Source of the DNA: Tubulanus polymorphus
Taxonomy: Eukaryota; Animalia; Nemertea
DNA length: 64,000 bases
Direction of reading: 5' to 3'
NCBI RefSeq assembly: GCF_964204645.1
Contig: NC_134031.1
Span: 1,178,001 to 1,242,000, forward strand
Made by a program: the position numbers and the translations under genes. Shown in pieces: positions 50,601 to 64,000 of the stretch. The notes under the pieces were generated by a model. The model did not search any database and was not told where the DNA came from. It worked only from the letters and a program-made list of their open reading frames with translations. The stretch's first letter is position 1; each line of letters begins with the position of its first letter.

Positions 50601-53600
50601 AATTGTTTTATCTATTCTCATAATTTGCATGCGACTGAAAGCTAGAGTATTAACTATCAGAGAACTTTATTTGGACAGGAACTTTTTTTCTAATTCCTAA
50701 CTTTATTTTGTATGAAAAAGTGTTATATGTGGCTGTTCTAAATGTTCTCGAAGCAATAAATATATGAATATTCGATCACAAAAGTGTTTCATATTATATT
50801 TCATTGAGGCTCAATCTATCGAGTATGTTTTTATTACGAGTTGACAATCTGTCATATGTCAATCAAACGTAGACTGGTTCCCTGTACTCGTCCGGTAACC
50901 AGTCAAAATCAACGCAACAAAGTGGCAGCACCATACGTTCACCTAGCGGAGTTTCTGTGAACTAATGTAATACTGCGGGAAGGTGATATGAAATGTTTAT
51001 TTAGAGCGCTGTCTGTTCTTTAATAGTTCTAAAGGTGGAAATGGTGCGTTATTCGATTATTTTAAAGTGTTTTATTAATCAATCGTGACTCCAAGGTATT
51101 ACATTAGTTCACAGAAATTCCGCTAGGTGACCGTACGGTGCTGCCACCATAGACTGGTTACCGGTCTCTATCTTCCCATATTGAATGGGACAGGCAACCA
51201 GTCTATACTGTGGCAATCTCGATGCCATCAGGCTCGAATCCCTCCCTGGGGGAGGATGGGCAAAAATCCTCTACCTTCAAGTGAAGAGCTCGTGGTGATT
51301 TCAGCGTCTAAATCTAACAAACGATACATCAATGAAGCACAACATCTTATATTTTGTTCATAACCGGATTCATCAAATGAACGTATTCTGAGCTTAGGAG
51401 AGCAAAATTTGCAGCAGGTCAGGGGCGACTGGCAGGGTCGGGCTATGGGTAATTTACTGGAAGGTCGGGCTTATGGGGTGATTATCTGGAAGGTCGGGAT
51501 CATTGGTGATTTACTGCTGAATAGAGGATGTACAGGGGTGTCCCGGGTTTGAAACCTAGTAATTACTGACACTGATTCAGAGTGGTCCTGATGCTGAATA
51601 GAGGATGTGCAGGGTTGTCCCGGGTTTTTTGCAGGTCAGGGGCGACTGGCAGGGTCGGGCTATGGGTAATTTACTGGTAGGGTCGGGCTATGGGGTGATT
51701 AACTGGAAGGTCGGGATCATGGGTGATTTACTGCTGAATAGAGGATGTACACTAGGGGTGTCCCGGGTTTGAAACCCAGTAATTACTGACACTGATTCAG
51801 AGTGGTCCAGATGCCGAATAAAGGATGTACAGGGGTGTCCCGGGTTCGAACCCAGTAATTACTGATACTGATTCAGAGTGGTCCAGATGCTGAATAAAGG
51901 ATGTACCGTGGATTAGCGGATTTTTCATACACTAATGTGAATTGTCTCTGGCAACCAAGAGTCTACTGCCAGAGTCAGTTCGTGTTAGTTAATGCAAATC
52001 CAAGCATAGTGAATCTTAAGAATCGGCAGAACATAGCATCACAACCACTGACTGGTGAATTGATTAAGTTCAGAGTAGCTAATTAACTAAACAAACAAAG
52101 AGTTTCAAATAATTATATTTACTCTCATACAACAATTATACAAAATGCCAGGTGTGCTCGAGGAATTATAACTTAAGTTCCGCAAACACGTGGACTGTAT
52201 TTCAAAAACAGTGCAACCATGGACGTATAAACTATAAACTAGAGTTTATACGTCCATGGTCCAAGCATAGACTCTAAAATAGACACGTCTATAGCACACA
52301 ACCATGGACTCTAAACTGTGAGAGTTCATGGCTCCCCGCACTAAAACCAGAGATAAACCTGGCCGAATACCCTGGAAAGCGTAAGATTTAATGAATCGTT
52401 TACATGGCCGGCCGCCTATCTACCTTAGACCTTACATTACTTTTTTAAAAATCATGATCAAGCTAACCATAACAGACGCGGCAGATTACAAATTTCATTG
52501 ATTTATGAAATGACCCGGCCGATCAGGAAAAACAAGGTATTATCATTAGCCTTTTAATGGCTTAGATTATCCAAAATATAAGATTACTAGCTTTTAACAT
52601 CACATATACTACATCATGGAAGGTATTTCAAGGTTTTATTCGCCAAAAACATTTCCACTGCAACTGATTCATACAATTTGAATCAATAGGAAAATAACAA
52701 AATTACACACAGAATTGTAAACCTTGATCCATAAAACACCAACAATTAGGACTAGTCTGAAAGTCTAAGACTATTAATTTTACATTCACGAAGTCACTGG
52801 GTATAAGTGACACTTGGCTATTTCATGAAATGTGGAGCATTCAATCATATCAACTATTCAAATGACAATGTAAGAGAGATTTAAGATATTCTGTTTATAC
52901 AAAAAACTGCACAACATATAAACATTAAACTCATCAATCTTTATTTTCATTAACATTATTTTACAAGATAACTAGAGTTTTGCCAACTTTGCCTGAGATT
53001 TTCAAACATTATCAACTTTATTTTCTCCACATTGTTTCGTTTAATGAAAAGTATTTTGAAGGTTTTTTAATTAAGATATATTGAGTATCATGATATAGAT
53101 ATTGTTCAACTATCCATATGAATATAGCTAGGTAAATTACAAATAACTGATTGCTAAAGTATCTACAATTATCTACAACTTTTTTCAATATTTAAGATGG
53201 TCTAGTGCCTTAATTCTAAGCACTGCCAGCTGGCTAGCACTGGATCCTCTGTAACCAGCGCACATAAAACCTGTCCAACATTGTATGCATGAGTTATGAA
53301 AAATAAATATACTATAGCCATTGTCAAACCGACAATCAAAACATAGCTAGGATAATTTACTAATCAACACTGTTCATACATCCTCATTTATAAAAAACTG
53401 CTCCTCTTTATTCGATAGGACCTCAGTTTGATAGTTGCTATAAACCTAACTGACCAATCGAAAAGTTTTAAGATGAATAATGAACACGTATGTGTCATTT
53501 TATTCTCATGACAAAATTATACCTCGCTAAATAACAGGTATGTCCTCGAGGAATTATCAACATAAAAGCATTCAAACTAGAGACAAATCCTACTAAGTCA

Positions 53601-55537
53601 TCCTGGAAAGCTTAGTATTAACTTAACGTTCTAAATTTCATTTTCATTAACATCATTTTTACTAGACAACTAGAATTTTCACTGCACCTTGTCTTAACTA
53701 AACATTTTCAAACATTATCAGTTCACTCATTTAATACAATGTTATTTCAGGGAAAACATGACAATAATTTTACTATCGATAACTAATCATGTTTATAGCT
53801 GTTTAACATTCTTTCTAAAAAAGAGTAAAATGTATCTCCCAGATATTATCCCTAAAACAATTAACAGTTACAGCAGTGATAGGGTGTGATATATAGGTAA
53901 AAGGACGCGTGATCTTTCATCAGTTATTCGAAGCATTCTATCGAATCAGTTATTTTTTAGTGTGTTTGATTTAGTTAAGGTTTATGGTTATTTGTTTTGT
54001 TTATTACTAACTGATCCGATAGAACACTTAAAACAACAACAGAAAAGATCATAAGAGGTTGGGAAACACGGAGAAGGTTGTTCTATGAAAGAAGAACCTT
54101 TAATAATTAGATTAAGTTGATAAGAAAAAATTCCTGATGACGGAGCCCTATATTAACTTATTGTTTGTTGGTTTTGTTTACTTTTTTATTACTTAGTTTT
54201 ATTTGTTTTTTTTTATATTATTTATTTTGTTATGTAGTTTTGTTTATTTTTTTTAATTATGTTCTTTGTATTTTGTACTATTTATTACTATTTACATCAG
54301 GAATTTTTTACCGGTGAGATTATGGGCTCACTTAAAAAAGTGCTACAAATTCACTGCTGCACCTAAATAATAGTTTCCTTATTGAACTCCCGAAGTTAAG
54401 TGATCATTAGTATGAAAGCCACTCAACCTAATGATATGAATGACGATGAAAGAAGTTAAAACAGCTATAAACAAAATTAAAACGATCAAAATTATTGCTG
54501 GCCATTATTATTTATTCCTTTATATTACATTATTCCTAGTATTACCTCTCATACCTCTGTGGATACAATGTACTACAATATAAGTTTCATATAACTAGCT
54601 AGGATCACCTACATGGAAGCACAATTCTAAACTCCATGTGAAAATCAAGATATTCTACTCATTAGTCAAATCGCCTTAACGGGCCTTAAAATTATGGCAT
54701 AAAAAAAAATCAACACTTGGGTATATTAACTTATTATGTGTACACAGAACACTGCCTAATATTATATGGTTTCCTTAACTACACGTGACGATATTCGGGG
54801 GGCGTAGCCAGTTTGTACTGAAGGCCCGGCCCTTCACTTTTTGGTCAAGGTATCATTTTCAAAACATCTTTATTCCAAACCCATAAACTTGCTGGGTGAG
54901 TTTAGGAGTCCAAAGTCATTATGTACCAACTTCCTTTATTGTGTTTAAAAGTTGCAACCGTTTAACTGACTACGCTCCCCCTTTTGAACATTTAGGCTAT
55001 GCAAATCATTAAATTATTTTCACTCTCAGGAAATATAAAATGAATCACTATTTCTAAGATTAATCGAATAAAGACCAATGGACTATGTCATTATAACAAA
55101 TCATGCACAGCTACGTTTAACTGAGTATGAAGATTATTTGAACTATCCCATAGATTCTATATCTCAGTTTAGGTGTATTTCAACTGACCTACGAGTCGAG
55201 AGGCTGAAAGCTATCAACACTATGAATTAATGGAGCGTAGATTTTATGAGACTCCCAGAAGGAACTTTCTGTCAAATTACAAAGGACATGACACATCTGT
55301 TTACAAACCGAAAACATTTTGCCTAATCAATATATGAATAGTTCCTTCTCAGGCCCAGAGCCCTAATTAACTAACTTCAATTTTCATTGATCAACATTAA
55401 AACTATTTCTTTTTTTCCGCCTCTTCAAATAGACAGTGAATTTTAAGACGCATTTTGGAACCCATGTTACACATCAGACTGGTTTGTAAAAAGGTAATGC
55501 TCAAAATAAATCAATACTTTACATATTCTACTGACGT

Positions 55538-55836
55538 TGCTGCTCCTGAATAAGTGTTTATAAGACACGCATTGTCTGTGCTGCTCCTGAATAAGTGTTT
55601 ATAAGATACGCATTGTCTCTGCTGCTCCTGAATAAGTGTTTATAAGATACGCATAGTCTCTGCTGCTCCTGAACAAGTGTTTATAAGATACGCATAGTCT
55701 CTGCTGCTCCTGAACAAGTATTAATAAGATACGCATTGTCTGTGCTGCTCCTGAATAACTGTTCACAATATATTTACATTGTCTCTGCTGCTCCTGAATA
55801 ATTGTTTATATATACCGGTAAGACACGCATTGTCTC
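55538..55836. repeat. 41-nt tandem repeat (~7 copies)
   Basis: (TGCTGCTCCTGAATAAGTGTTTATAAGATACGCATTGTCTC)n. Confidence 0.9.
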
Positions 55837-56159
55837 TTCTCCACCTATTGTAGAAGAAATCCGTCATTGGGCGATAAACCGCTGCTGGCTAAATTTCTCC
55901 TCTGGACTTCTAGGCCTATGCAGTCGAATTCAAGATGGTTCTTCTGTGGTAGTTGATGATTTCAATTCAAGATGGACTCTTCTGTTGGCAGATTCTAGAT
56001 GACGAGTTGATCTCAGGCTGAGCTTCTTCTAATAGATGTGATTTAGCTGAAATAAATAAAAGAAGATATCCTGTAATTATATAATATCTTACAATATACA
56101 CAATTTTTCATGTAGCATTAATAATAATAAATTCCATGTACCGTAAATCAATTTCATTT

Positions 56160-57125
56160 AGAATTAATCGCAATAATTCCATCTATATTAAGTTACCTTT
56201 TATGATTGCTGGGTTGATGATTTTGATTCTAGTTGGCTGTGCGCTGTTCCAGTTGGTCGATTTTGGACGAGTAGTTGATCTCAAGCTGGGTTTTTCATAT
56301 AGTTGAAATTTAGCTGCAATGATTAAAAGATTTTATCCTGTAATGACAAGTTTTTTCAATGAGAATTTATCGCAATAATTCCATCTATATTAAGTTACCT
56401 TTTATGATTGCTGGGTTCGTTATCGGTGTGGATCATCTAAGTTGATTGGTTGATGATTTGATTCTAGTTGGCTGTGCACTGTTCCAGTTGGTCGACTTCA
56501 GATGAGTAGTTGATCTCAAGCTGGGTTTTTCATATAGTTGAAATTTAGCTGCAATGATTAAAAGATTTTATCCTGTAATGACAAGTTTTTTCAATGAGAA
56601 TTTATCGCAATAATTCCATCTATATTAAGTTACCTTTTATGATTGCTGGGTTCGTTATCGGTGTGGATCATCTAAGTTGATTGGTTGATGATTTGATTCT
56701 AGTTGGCTGTGCGCTGTTCCAGTTGGTCGACTTCAGATGAGTAGTTGATCTCAAGCTGGGTTTTTCATATAGTTGAAATTTAGCTGCAATGATTAAAAGA
56801 GTTTATCCTGTAATGACAAATTTTTTCAATTAGAATTTATCGCAATAATTCCATCTATATTAAGTTACCTTTTATGATTGCTGGGTTCGTTATCGGTGTG
56901 GATCATCTAAGTTGATTGGTTGATGATTTGATTCTAGTTGGCTGTGCGCTGTTCCAGTTGGTCGATTTTGGACGAGTAGTTGATCTCAAGCTGGGTTTTT
57001 CATATAGTTGAAATTTAGCTGCAATGATTAAAAGAAGTTATCCTGTAATGACAAGCTTTTTCAATGAGAATTTATCGCAATAATTCCATCTATATTAAGT
57101 TACCTTTTATGATTGCCGGGTTCAT
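56160..57125. repeat. 235-nt tandem repeat (exon+intron-like units, ~4 copies)
   Basis: AATAATTCCATCTATATTAAGTTACC at 56172, 56374, 56609, 56844, 57079. Confidence 0.95.
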
Positions 57126-57184
57126 TATCGGCGAGGGTCTCCTAAGTTGGTTGTCTAATTTTACATATTTTTTTTTCATATAAC

Positions 57185-57650
57185 TTTTTTTCTGCCTAAT
57201 TTAATACATTGAGATTTTGGAAATAACTATATTTTACAATATTTGGTCTTTTTTTCATGTAACTAGTCCGAAAGTTTACAAGGTTGAATAATTTTATCTA
57301 TTTTTTTCTGCCTAATTTAATACATTGAGATTTTGGAAATAACTATATTTTACAATATTTGGTCTTTTTTTCATGTAACTAGTCCGAAAGTTTACAAGGT
57401 TGAATAATTTTATCTATTTTTTTTCTGCCTAATTTAATACATCGAGATTTTGGAAATAACTATATTTTACAATATTTGGTCTTTTTTTCATGTAACTAGT
57501 CCGAAAGTTTACAAGGTTGAATAATTTTATCTATTTTTTTCTGCCTAATCTAATACATCGAAATTTTGGAAATAACTATATTTTACAATATTTGGTCTTT
57601 TTTTCATGTAAATAGTCCGAAAGTTTACAAGGTTGAATAATTTTGTCTAG
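57185..57650. repeat. ~116-nt tandem repeat (4 copies)
   Basis: TTTTTCTGCCTAATTTAATACAT...GTCCGAAAGTTTACAAGGTTGAATAATTTT repeated. Confidence 0.92.
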
Positions 57651-60600
57651 TTTTATATTCAAAATCGGAAATCGAAGTACAGATATAGTTGTGTGATCGG
57701 GGGTCGATTTTACATACATTTTGTTTTCTTTAAAACCAAGCACATAATTGGAAAATCTGGTTCGGGTTCATTCAATTAATCTTCCAACCAGTCTGAACCG
57801 GCAAGCGACTGATTGGGGTCAATTAAGTTGACTGCCTATTTTAATATATCGAGATATGGAATATCTATTTTACAAGGTTGAAGATCACTTTGTACATTTT
57901 ATGACTAGTTGATTAATAATATAGCTGAAAAAAGAGCAAAATCTTGTGAGCAGAAAATCCTTTCGAATATCACTGATCATGATTAACGTGTCAATTCATA
58001 CATATAAGATCAGCAATGTGGACCGGAAAGTAGATTTTGATACTAGTCAATTATTAAACGATTCAATTAATTAATCTATATTCATTCTAGATATCTGATA
58101 TTGATTATTATAGTTTAACAACAATTCGAGTAAAGCATCTCTAGCTATCTTGAGAATACCAGAGTTACAGCAAATTTAATAATGCATAATCAATCTGTTC
58201 AAATCTTTTTTTGTACTGTAGTTTCTCTTCTTCTATCTTCAGAAATTCTTGATGTTTTTCTTCCATGGGTGCTAAACACCCAGTGGCCATTAGGCTTTTA
58301 TTAAAACTCACGCCCATCATATAGTGCAAACTTGCTAGTAATATTGCCCCCTATATACATTTCGATTGTCAGCTTAACCATGTTCATATTATCAAATTAA
58401 CTTCATCGTCAATTAATAAACTTTAAGAGATATGTTGTCTACCACAGATGGTAACATCTGTGCCCAGTGAATGGTATTCTCATCCATTTTAGTAATTCTA
58501 AATATTGCACGTAAAATATATACAATGATCTTGTAATTATGATAATATAACTAACTAGAGTGAGTGCGCTGCCAGCATTGAGCACACTGATCCTATAAGC
58601 AACATGGTTCTACAGATTTAAGAAACCTTGAATCATCCCCACATCTTGACAAATCCAGAATTCTGCAAAGCCTTAATGATTTAATAAATCCAACGCACAA
58701 GAGACAGAGTTAAAACGCACCCTGTATAGGGTATAGGCCTAAACCAATAGATAATTATACAGTTATTAATTAGTTGTCTTATCAACCCATATGGTTTGGA
58801 TTTGAGCACTTTTACCTTATATGAAGATGCTGAGTTAATCTTTATCGTAGATACCTAATAAATCAATTAATGTCCTAGCTATAATCAAAATTGTCTCGGA
58901 CAATATTTTATATGGGGCTTGAAATTTCTACACAAGAAGAATTTCAAATCCGGTATAAATTTGAATTCATCATTTCAACTGCTAATTTTACATCAGAGCT
59001 TTTGATACCTAGCTTAACGAACCCAGAATTCCCCAAAACCTAACTGATTCAACAGATCCCTCACACATGTGGCCCAGTTAGACGCAGACAACATTGCACG
59101 ATACAGTTGTCTCATCCACTGCACTATTTTTTAAATTATTTTCACTTATATTCATTATATTGAATTAATTCAAACAAATTTTCTAGATATCTAAGCGATC
59201 CGTTAATTAGTCATCATACTAGCTACATCTTAATTATCAGTCAACAATATTTATATTTATATGGAGCCTGAAAATCTACACGAGTAGAATTTCAGATGTG
59301 GTGAATTCATCACTATTTGAATTCATCAGAAATTAAGATAAAAGCACATTTTTAGTGGTAAATTAGACACACTGTGTATAAGGATCGAAAGACCTTGTTA
59401 TGACCGGACCTCCCTGTTGCGGTGCAAGACATGATGCTGGAATATAGTTTGAAGGAGAGGGGTTAGTAAAAGAGAGCTATTAGCAAGAGGAATAAGACCT
59501 AAGTTTAGGATATCCTGTCACATTAAGGCTCTCAATCTGACATACACAGTGAAATTAAAATATTCTCCCTTCCAAATTCAGGAATGTATTTTTGCACGTA
59601 CAGATTTGTTTTATCTCCCTTCAATCGGAAGTAAATCTGCATTAAATGAATTTGGCAATATGTATCAAAACTAATACAGCTGTATGACGACACAATAGGT
59701 TCACTTTAGATACAGATAAATAATCAATTTGCTCAGATACACATGTATCAGCTACATTTTAAATGTCAATGGACTTGAATTAAAAATAATTTCACATAAC
59801 AATTGAATTAACCTTAATTGTAGATATCTAAGTAATACGTTAATGAGTAATTCATCTTAGCTATATTCTAATTGTCAGTTAATAAACTATATTATGCGTC
59901 ACTTGACACACAGTATGGCTTTTAGATATCATTTGAATCAGTAAGGTTTTGGTAAATTTTGGCAATATTGAAGAGTATGACCAGTCGCCGTAAGTACGGC
60001 AGTTGGAGATATAAATACTGATCAGTCGATGAGACTGATTCACTTATCATATAGATATGCTCAAATATACATATATCAGCTATATCTAAATTGTCAGTTT
60101 AATGATATTTAATGGACCTGTACCACATATAAATTATTTCATACATAGCATATAAATAGTTTTTGATCTTACATGAAATATTAAATTCATCTTAATTGTG
60201 GATATCTAAGCCATTGGTTAATGAGCAATTTTTCCTAGCTATATATATGATGATTGTCAGTTAAACAATAATCATAGCCCAAAACAAGGCACAGAGTATG
60301 GCTCTGGGGAATGCTTTGAATCAATTAAAGCTTTCTTTATTCTAGATTTATCAAAGTGCTGAGACCAAATCACAGTTTCTAAAAGACCCGCAGTCCATAG
60401 TTTTCCCCATATATATTACACCAGATCTCGATAGAGCCCTAGACAATATTTCATACATCTTTCCCCCAGGAATTCATTAATGTAATGGGTAAAGCAGCAT
60501 ATAATATATACTGTAAAGTGCCCGAATCTTTATAAATGACATATGTATCAATATATTATTTGAAAAACATCTATTAACCGACGATAAAGTTTATTTGATA

Positions 60601-61734
60601 TATATCTTTACAAGTAAAGCCAGCCTAAATGTATATGGGGCCCTAAAATATCTACACCTGAAGAATTTCTCGTCAAACATTATAAGATATTGAATGATTG
60701 CTAATATCTAAGCGATTGGTTAATTAGTAAATTGTCCTATCTATATCTTGATTGTCAGTTAAACAAGCCATATGAGGCCTGAAATATCTACGGTACATTC
60801 GAAAAATTTCACATAAGATATTGAATTTACCTTAATTGTACATACTTAAAAAATCTTTTAATCAATAACTGACCAATCTACCTTTAATTATCAGACCAAA
60901 GAATATTCAAGGGACCTCACTCAATCATTTTGTCCAATATTGTAAATATTCAAGCAATCATTGCCCTAGCTATATTTCAATTTACTTTTAACAATATACC
61001 GGCCATAGAGCTTCAACAAAGTAGTGCGGAGATGGTGAGCTTGACCAGCGTCCTGTATCCTCACCAGCGCCTATGCATTCTACCCCAGATATGAAATATC
61101 AACTTAGCTTTATGTATGTATGCATTCCTGTTGCCATGCAGGATGAGACTGCCAGGTTTGGTTGCGGCAGGACTTTCGGTGTTTGGTTCATTCAACATGG
61201 AGTCTTTTGTGGGCACTTCTAGTGGGTAGATTTTAGATGGGCCTTTCTGGATTAACCTGAAATGAGTAAAAGAACGATATTCTGTAGTTACACAATCCTT
61301 TCCGTGTCATACATCGTAATTTACACATGTATCAACTTAACTTTCAATATTGCTGAGTTCAGTGTTCTTTTTTCGCCATCTTCAATAGTCGCCTTCAGCA
61401 TCTTCTTCTTCATCTTGGGAGTCCTGAAATGAAAAAAAAAGAGAAGAGCGATGAAAACCTGGTACGGAACAAAACTAATGTCTTTACAGCTCTCCGTCGC
61501 CAGTCACATGCCGAGAACACCAGACAATGAGCCAGCCAGGAATATACTGCCCTCTACACGCCCTCACACAGAACGCGAAAACCAGGATGACGACGCCTCA
61601 CATTCCCCATCTAACTGCAGGATGTACTGGGCGACGTCAGTAACTGACACACCTGTAAAATTGCACGAAACACAAATAGCGCAGTACAACCAGCTTGACC
61701 GGGTTGAGATTCAGGATCTCAACTAGCACCCAAA

Positions 61735-61990
61735 AGCGTGACAAGAGACTTCATCCACTGACCGAGGTTGTCACAAGGACACAATGAAACTAGCACTCAC
61801 AAGCCGACGAGAGACTTCATCCACTGACCGAGGTTGTCACAAGGACACAATGAAAACTAGCACTCAAACTAGAAATCAAAGAGCGTGACAGTAGAATCAT
61901 CCCTCAGCCGACTCAGAATACCAGAAACAAAGAGCGTGACAGTAGAATCATCCCTCATCCGGGTGGTCACAAGGACACAATGAATGCTAG
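61735..61990. repeat. Short local duplications
   Basis: GAGACTTCATCCACTGACCGAGGTTGTCACAAGGACACAATGAA x2 and AAAGAGCGTGACAGTAGAATCATCCCTCA x2. Confidence 0.8.
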
Positions 61991-63074
61991 TAGCGTGACA
62001 ATCCAGTATAACCACTCCATTTGTATCCCGCGCAATCCCACAGATATGCCCGTCATTGACATCACTCAGTACACTTTGTAGATAGGTGGGGGCAGTGAGG
62101 CCTCGTCATCCTGGTTTTCGTGTTCCGTATGAGGGCGTGTAGAGGGCAGAATTTCCTGACCGACTCTTTGTCTGACATCCTCGACACGTGACCGGCGAAG
62201 GAGAGCTGATGCTTTCGGACATTAGTTTTGTTCCAGCAAACGTTGAAATTGGACAGAGAAATCGGCCCTGAAAAATAAAACGGGTTAGAACCTGCAAAAA
62301 AGAACGGATTAATAAACACGAAACAGTACAGGACAGCACAGAGACAAACAGTAACACATAAAACATATAGACGTCGTTCCTCAGGAAGCAGGAACAGGAG
62401 CAGGAGCGGGAGCGCAGCGAAAATCGCCAGGAGAATCCACGGTAGCATGTTCACAGTGTGAGTGTGCAGAGGTGAATGGCCTATGCTGGTTGGTGTACAC
62501 CGTGGTCAGCCGGTGACGTATTCAATAGCGCGTATAAATGATATCAACAACTCTGAATAGCCGCAATTGTGTCTCCATTGTTGTTGAATGGATTTAAATT
62601 GAGAGCTTATAGAAGGTTCCACTACCGGTTGAACACGCGCCAGTAGCCAGCTGAACAAAATCGTGGAACTTAAGGCCATAAAATAAATTTCTTTGATTGC
62701 CCACACTGCTCTACGCACGGCCTCCGAATTTAGCCACCGCGCCTGCCTGGGTTTTTTTCTTTTATTTTGATATAAGGTCTACTGGATTTTACGGTACCTC
62801 ATCAATTTCGTTTATGAAAGTCCATATTAAGAATTTCGTTTCTTGTTTATATATTGTTCGAAATATGGTCTGCGAAGTGAACAATCAATTCGCGTCGGTC
62901 GGGGTCCCGTCGGTGTGGCGGGTCGGGTCCCGCTGGCCGGTCGGGGGTGCTCCATCAGTCCATTGGACTGTTGTTAAGCGGTTGACGAAAAGCGATTGAC
63001 GATTAGCGAATCGACGATGACGATGGCGGCACCGCGTGGAAATATTAATTAATCATCATTAAATTAAATTGAAA

Positions 63075-63444
63075 ATGGGTTTGTTGTTATTGGTGTATTG
63101 TTTAATGGTTACTGGTGGTATATTTATCGTGAATGTAGCGAGTAGTTCCGCTGAAACGGGTATGTATGTGTGCTGTATTAAACTCGAGCTAATTAATTAG
63201 GTCACTCAAGCGCGTCGAACTCGAAGAAGAGCTGTCCACCGCCACCACGAAACACGTGCCAGCCTCTCTGGACGTTCCGCCGCACCTCCACGTCGTTTAC
63301 GGTTCGTAACGTAATAAAAACAACTCATCATGATTTAGAGTGACAGTTTGATTATTTGTTGCAGGTTATGGATTTTATATAACATCTGGAGAAATTTCAA
63401 ATCAATCGCCAACGAATAAATTATTTTTAACTGGTTCCACAATT
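63075..63444 (+). CDS. 5' exons of an unidentified secreted or membrane protein gene (partial): join(63075..63159,63365..63444...)
   Basis: MGLLLLVYCLMVTGGIFIVNVASSSAET is signal-peptide-like; donor G|GTATGT (phase 1), acceptor TTGCAG|, in-frame GYGFYITSGEISNQSPTNKLFLTGSTI, donor |GTAAGT. Confidence 0.65.
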
Positions 63445-64000
63445 GTAAGTAAGCCTACCCCTTTAAATCCACCAAAACCAAACATGAAAAAACCTGCTAT
63501 GCCGAGTTTTGGAAAGAAAATGATTCAAATTTGAAATATTTCTTGAAAAGCTATTGTTAAATCTTAGATTTAAAGTCAAGACTGGATTTTTCATGCTCCC
63601 AGGATTTTATAAACCAGTTTCACAGTTGTGAGTTAAGATTTGACTCAAAGTTGAAAATGAACTGATTTTAACTCAAAGTTAGGCCTAACTCTTAACTCAG
63701 AACTGTGGAACTGGACACAAGTACGTTTCAAAAGCTTAAGTCTGAAATGTTGACTATGAAATTCTCATACGAAAACATAAAGCAACTAAACCAAAAATTT
63801 GAGATGACCTTGGGTGCAACAGGTTTTTAAGTATAAAAATGGACCCAGTTTCACAAGAAAGTTAAACTCAAATTTTTGGTGTAATTGCCATTGGTTACTT
63901 CATGGTTTCAATGAGGACAACAATTCAAACTCAACCGTTTTAGGCTTAAACTTGACCCTGGGCCTATAGTTCAGCAGTTTTTGCAAAAGTTTGGTCTTTC

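Larger units (their letters stand above)
39905..53200. repeat. Nested tandem segmental duplication, ~2.4-3.5-kb units, 4 copies of the core
   Basis: Marker ATGTACCGTGGATTAGCGG at 42712, 45091, 48572, 51901; flanking direct repeat 39905-40244 matches 52043-52383. Confidence 0.95.
55860..62460 (-). ncRNA. Putative spliced long non-coding transcript, divergent from the 63-kb gene
   Basis: Minus-strand splice pairs: exons 61342-61423, 56869-57018, 56634-56783, 56399-56548, 56197-56313; related acceptors near 61257 and 56047; no continuous reading frame. Confidence 0.4.

Noticed and set aside
62062-62454. 130-aa hydrophobic minus-strand ORF
   Set aside because: It runs through pyrimidine tracts and acceptor-like sites and has no recognisable domain; its N-terminal part as a first exon cannot be excluded.

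Overview
AT-rich animal (invertebrate bilaterian-like) genomic DNA with spliceosomal introns; not prokaryotic. It holds: (1) a complete 9-exon PBX/extradenticle TALE-homeobox gene (+, CDS 3175-29101, ~466 aa); (2) SLC39A7/ZIP7/Catsup (+, 3 exons, 31806-35441, 481 aa); (3) a convergent TTC19-like gene (-, 2 exons, 38779-37577, 377 aa with a mitochondrial-type presequence); (4) a ~13-kb nested tandem duplication (39.9-53.2 kb) with MITEs, satellites and a repeated pri-miRNA-like hairpin; (5) a putative spliced minus-strand non-coding transcript with tandemly repeated exons (55.8-62.5 kb); (6) the first two exons of a signal-peptide protein gene at the right edge. The standout observation is that PBX exon 6 (homeodomain recognition helix plus C-terminal helix 4) is present as three tandem paralogous exons (22533-22650, 22720-22885, 22946-23084). 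They share splice phases, differ mostly synonymously in helix 3, and hit an immediate stop if two are joined. This points to a mutually exclusive exon cassette that keeps the DNA-reading helix and swaps the Hox-cooperativity helix. All gene models were read by eye from splice signals and protein similarity and need RNA confirmation.
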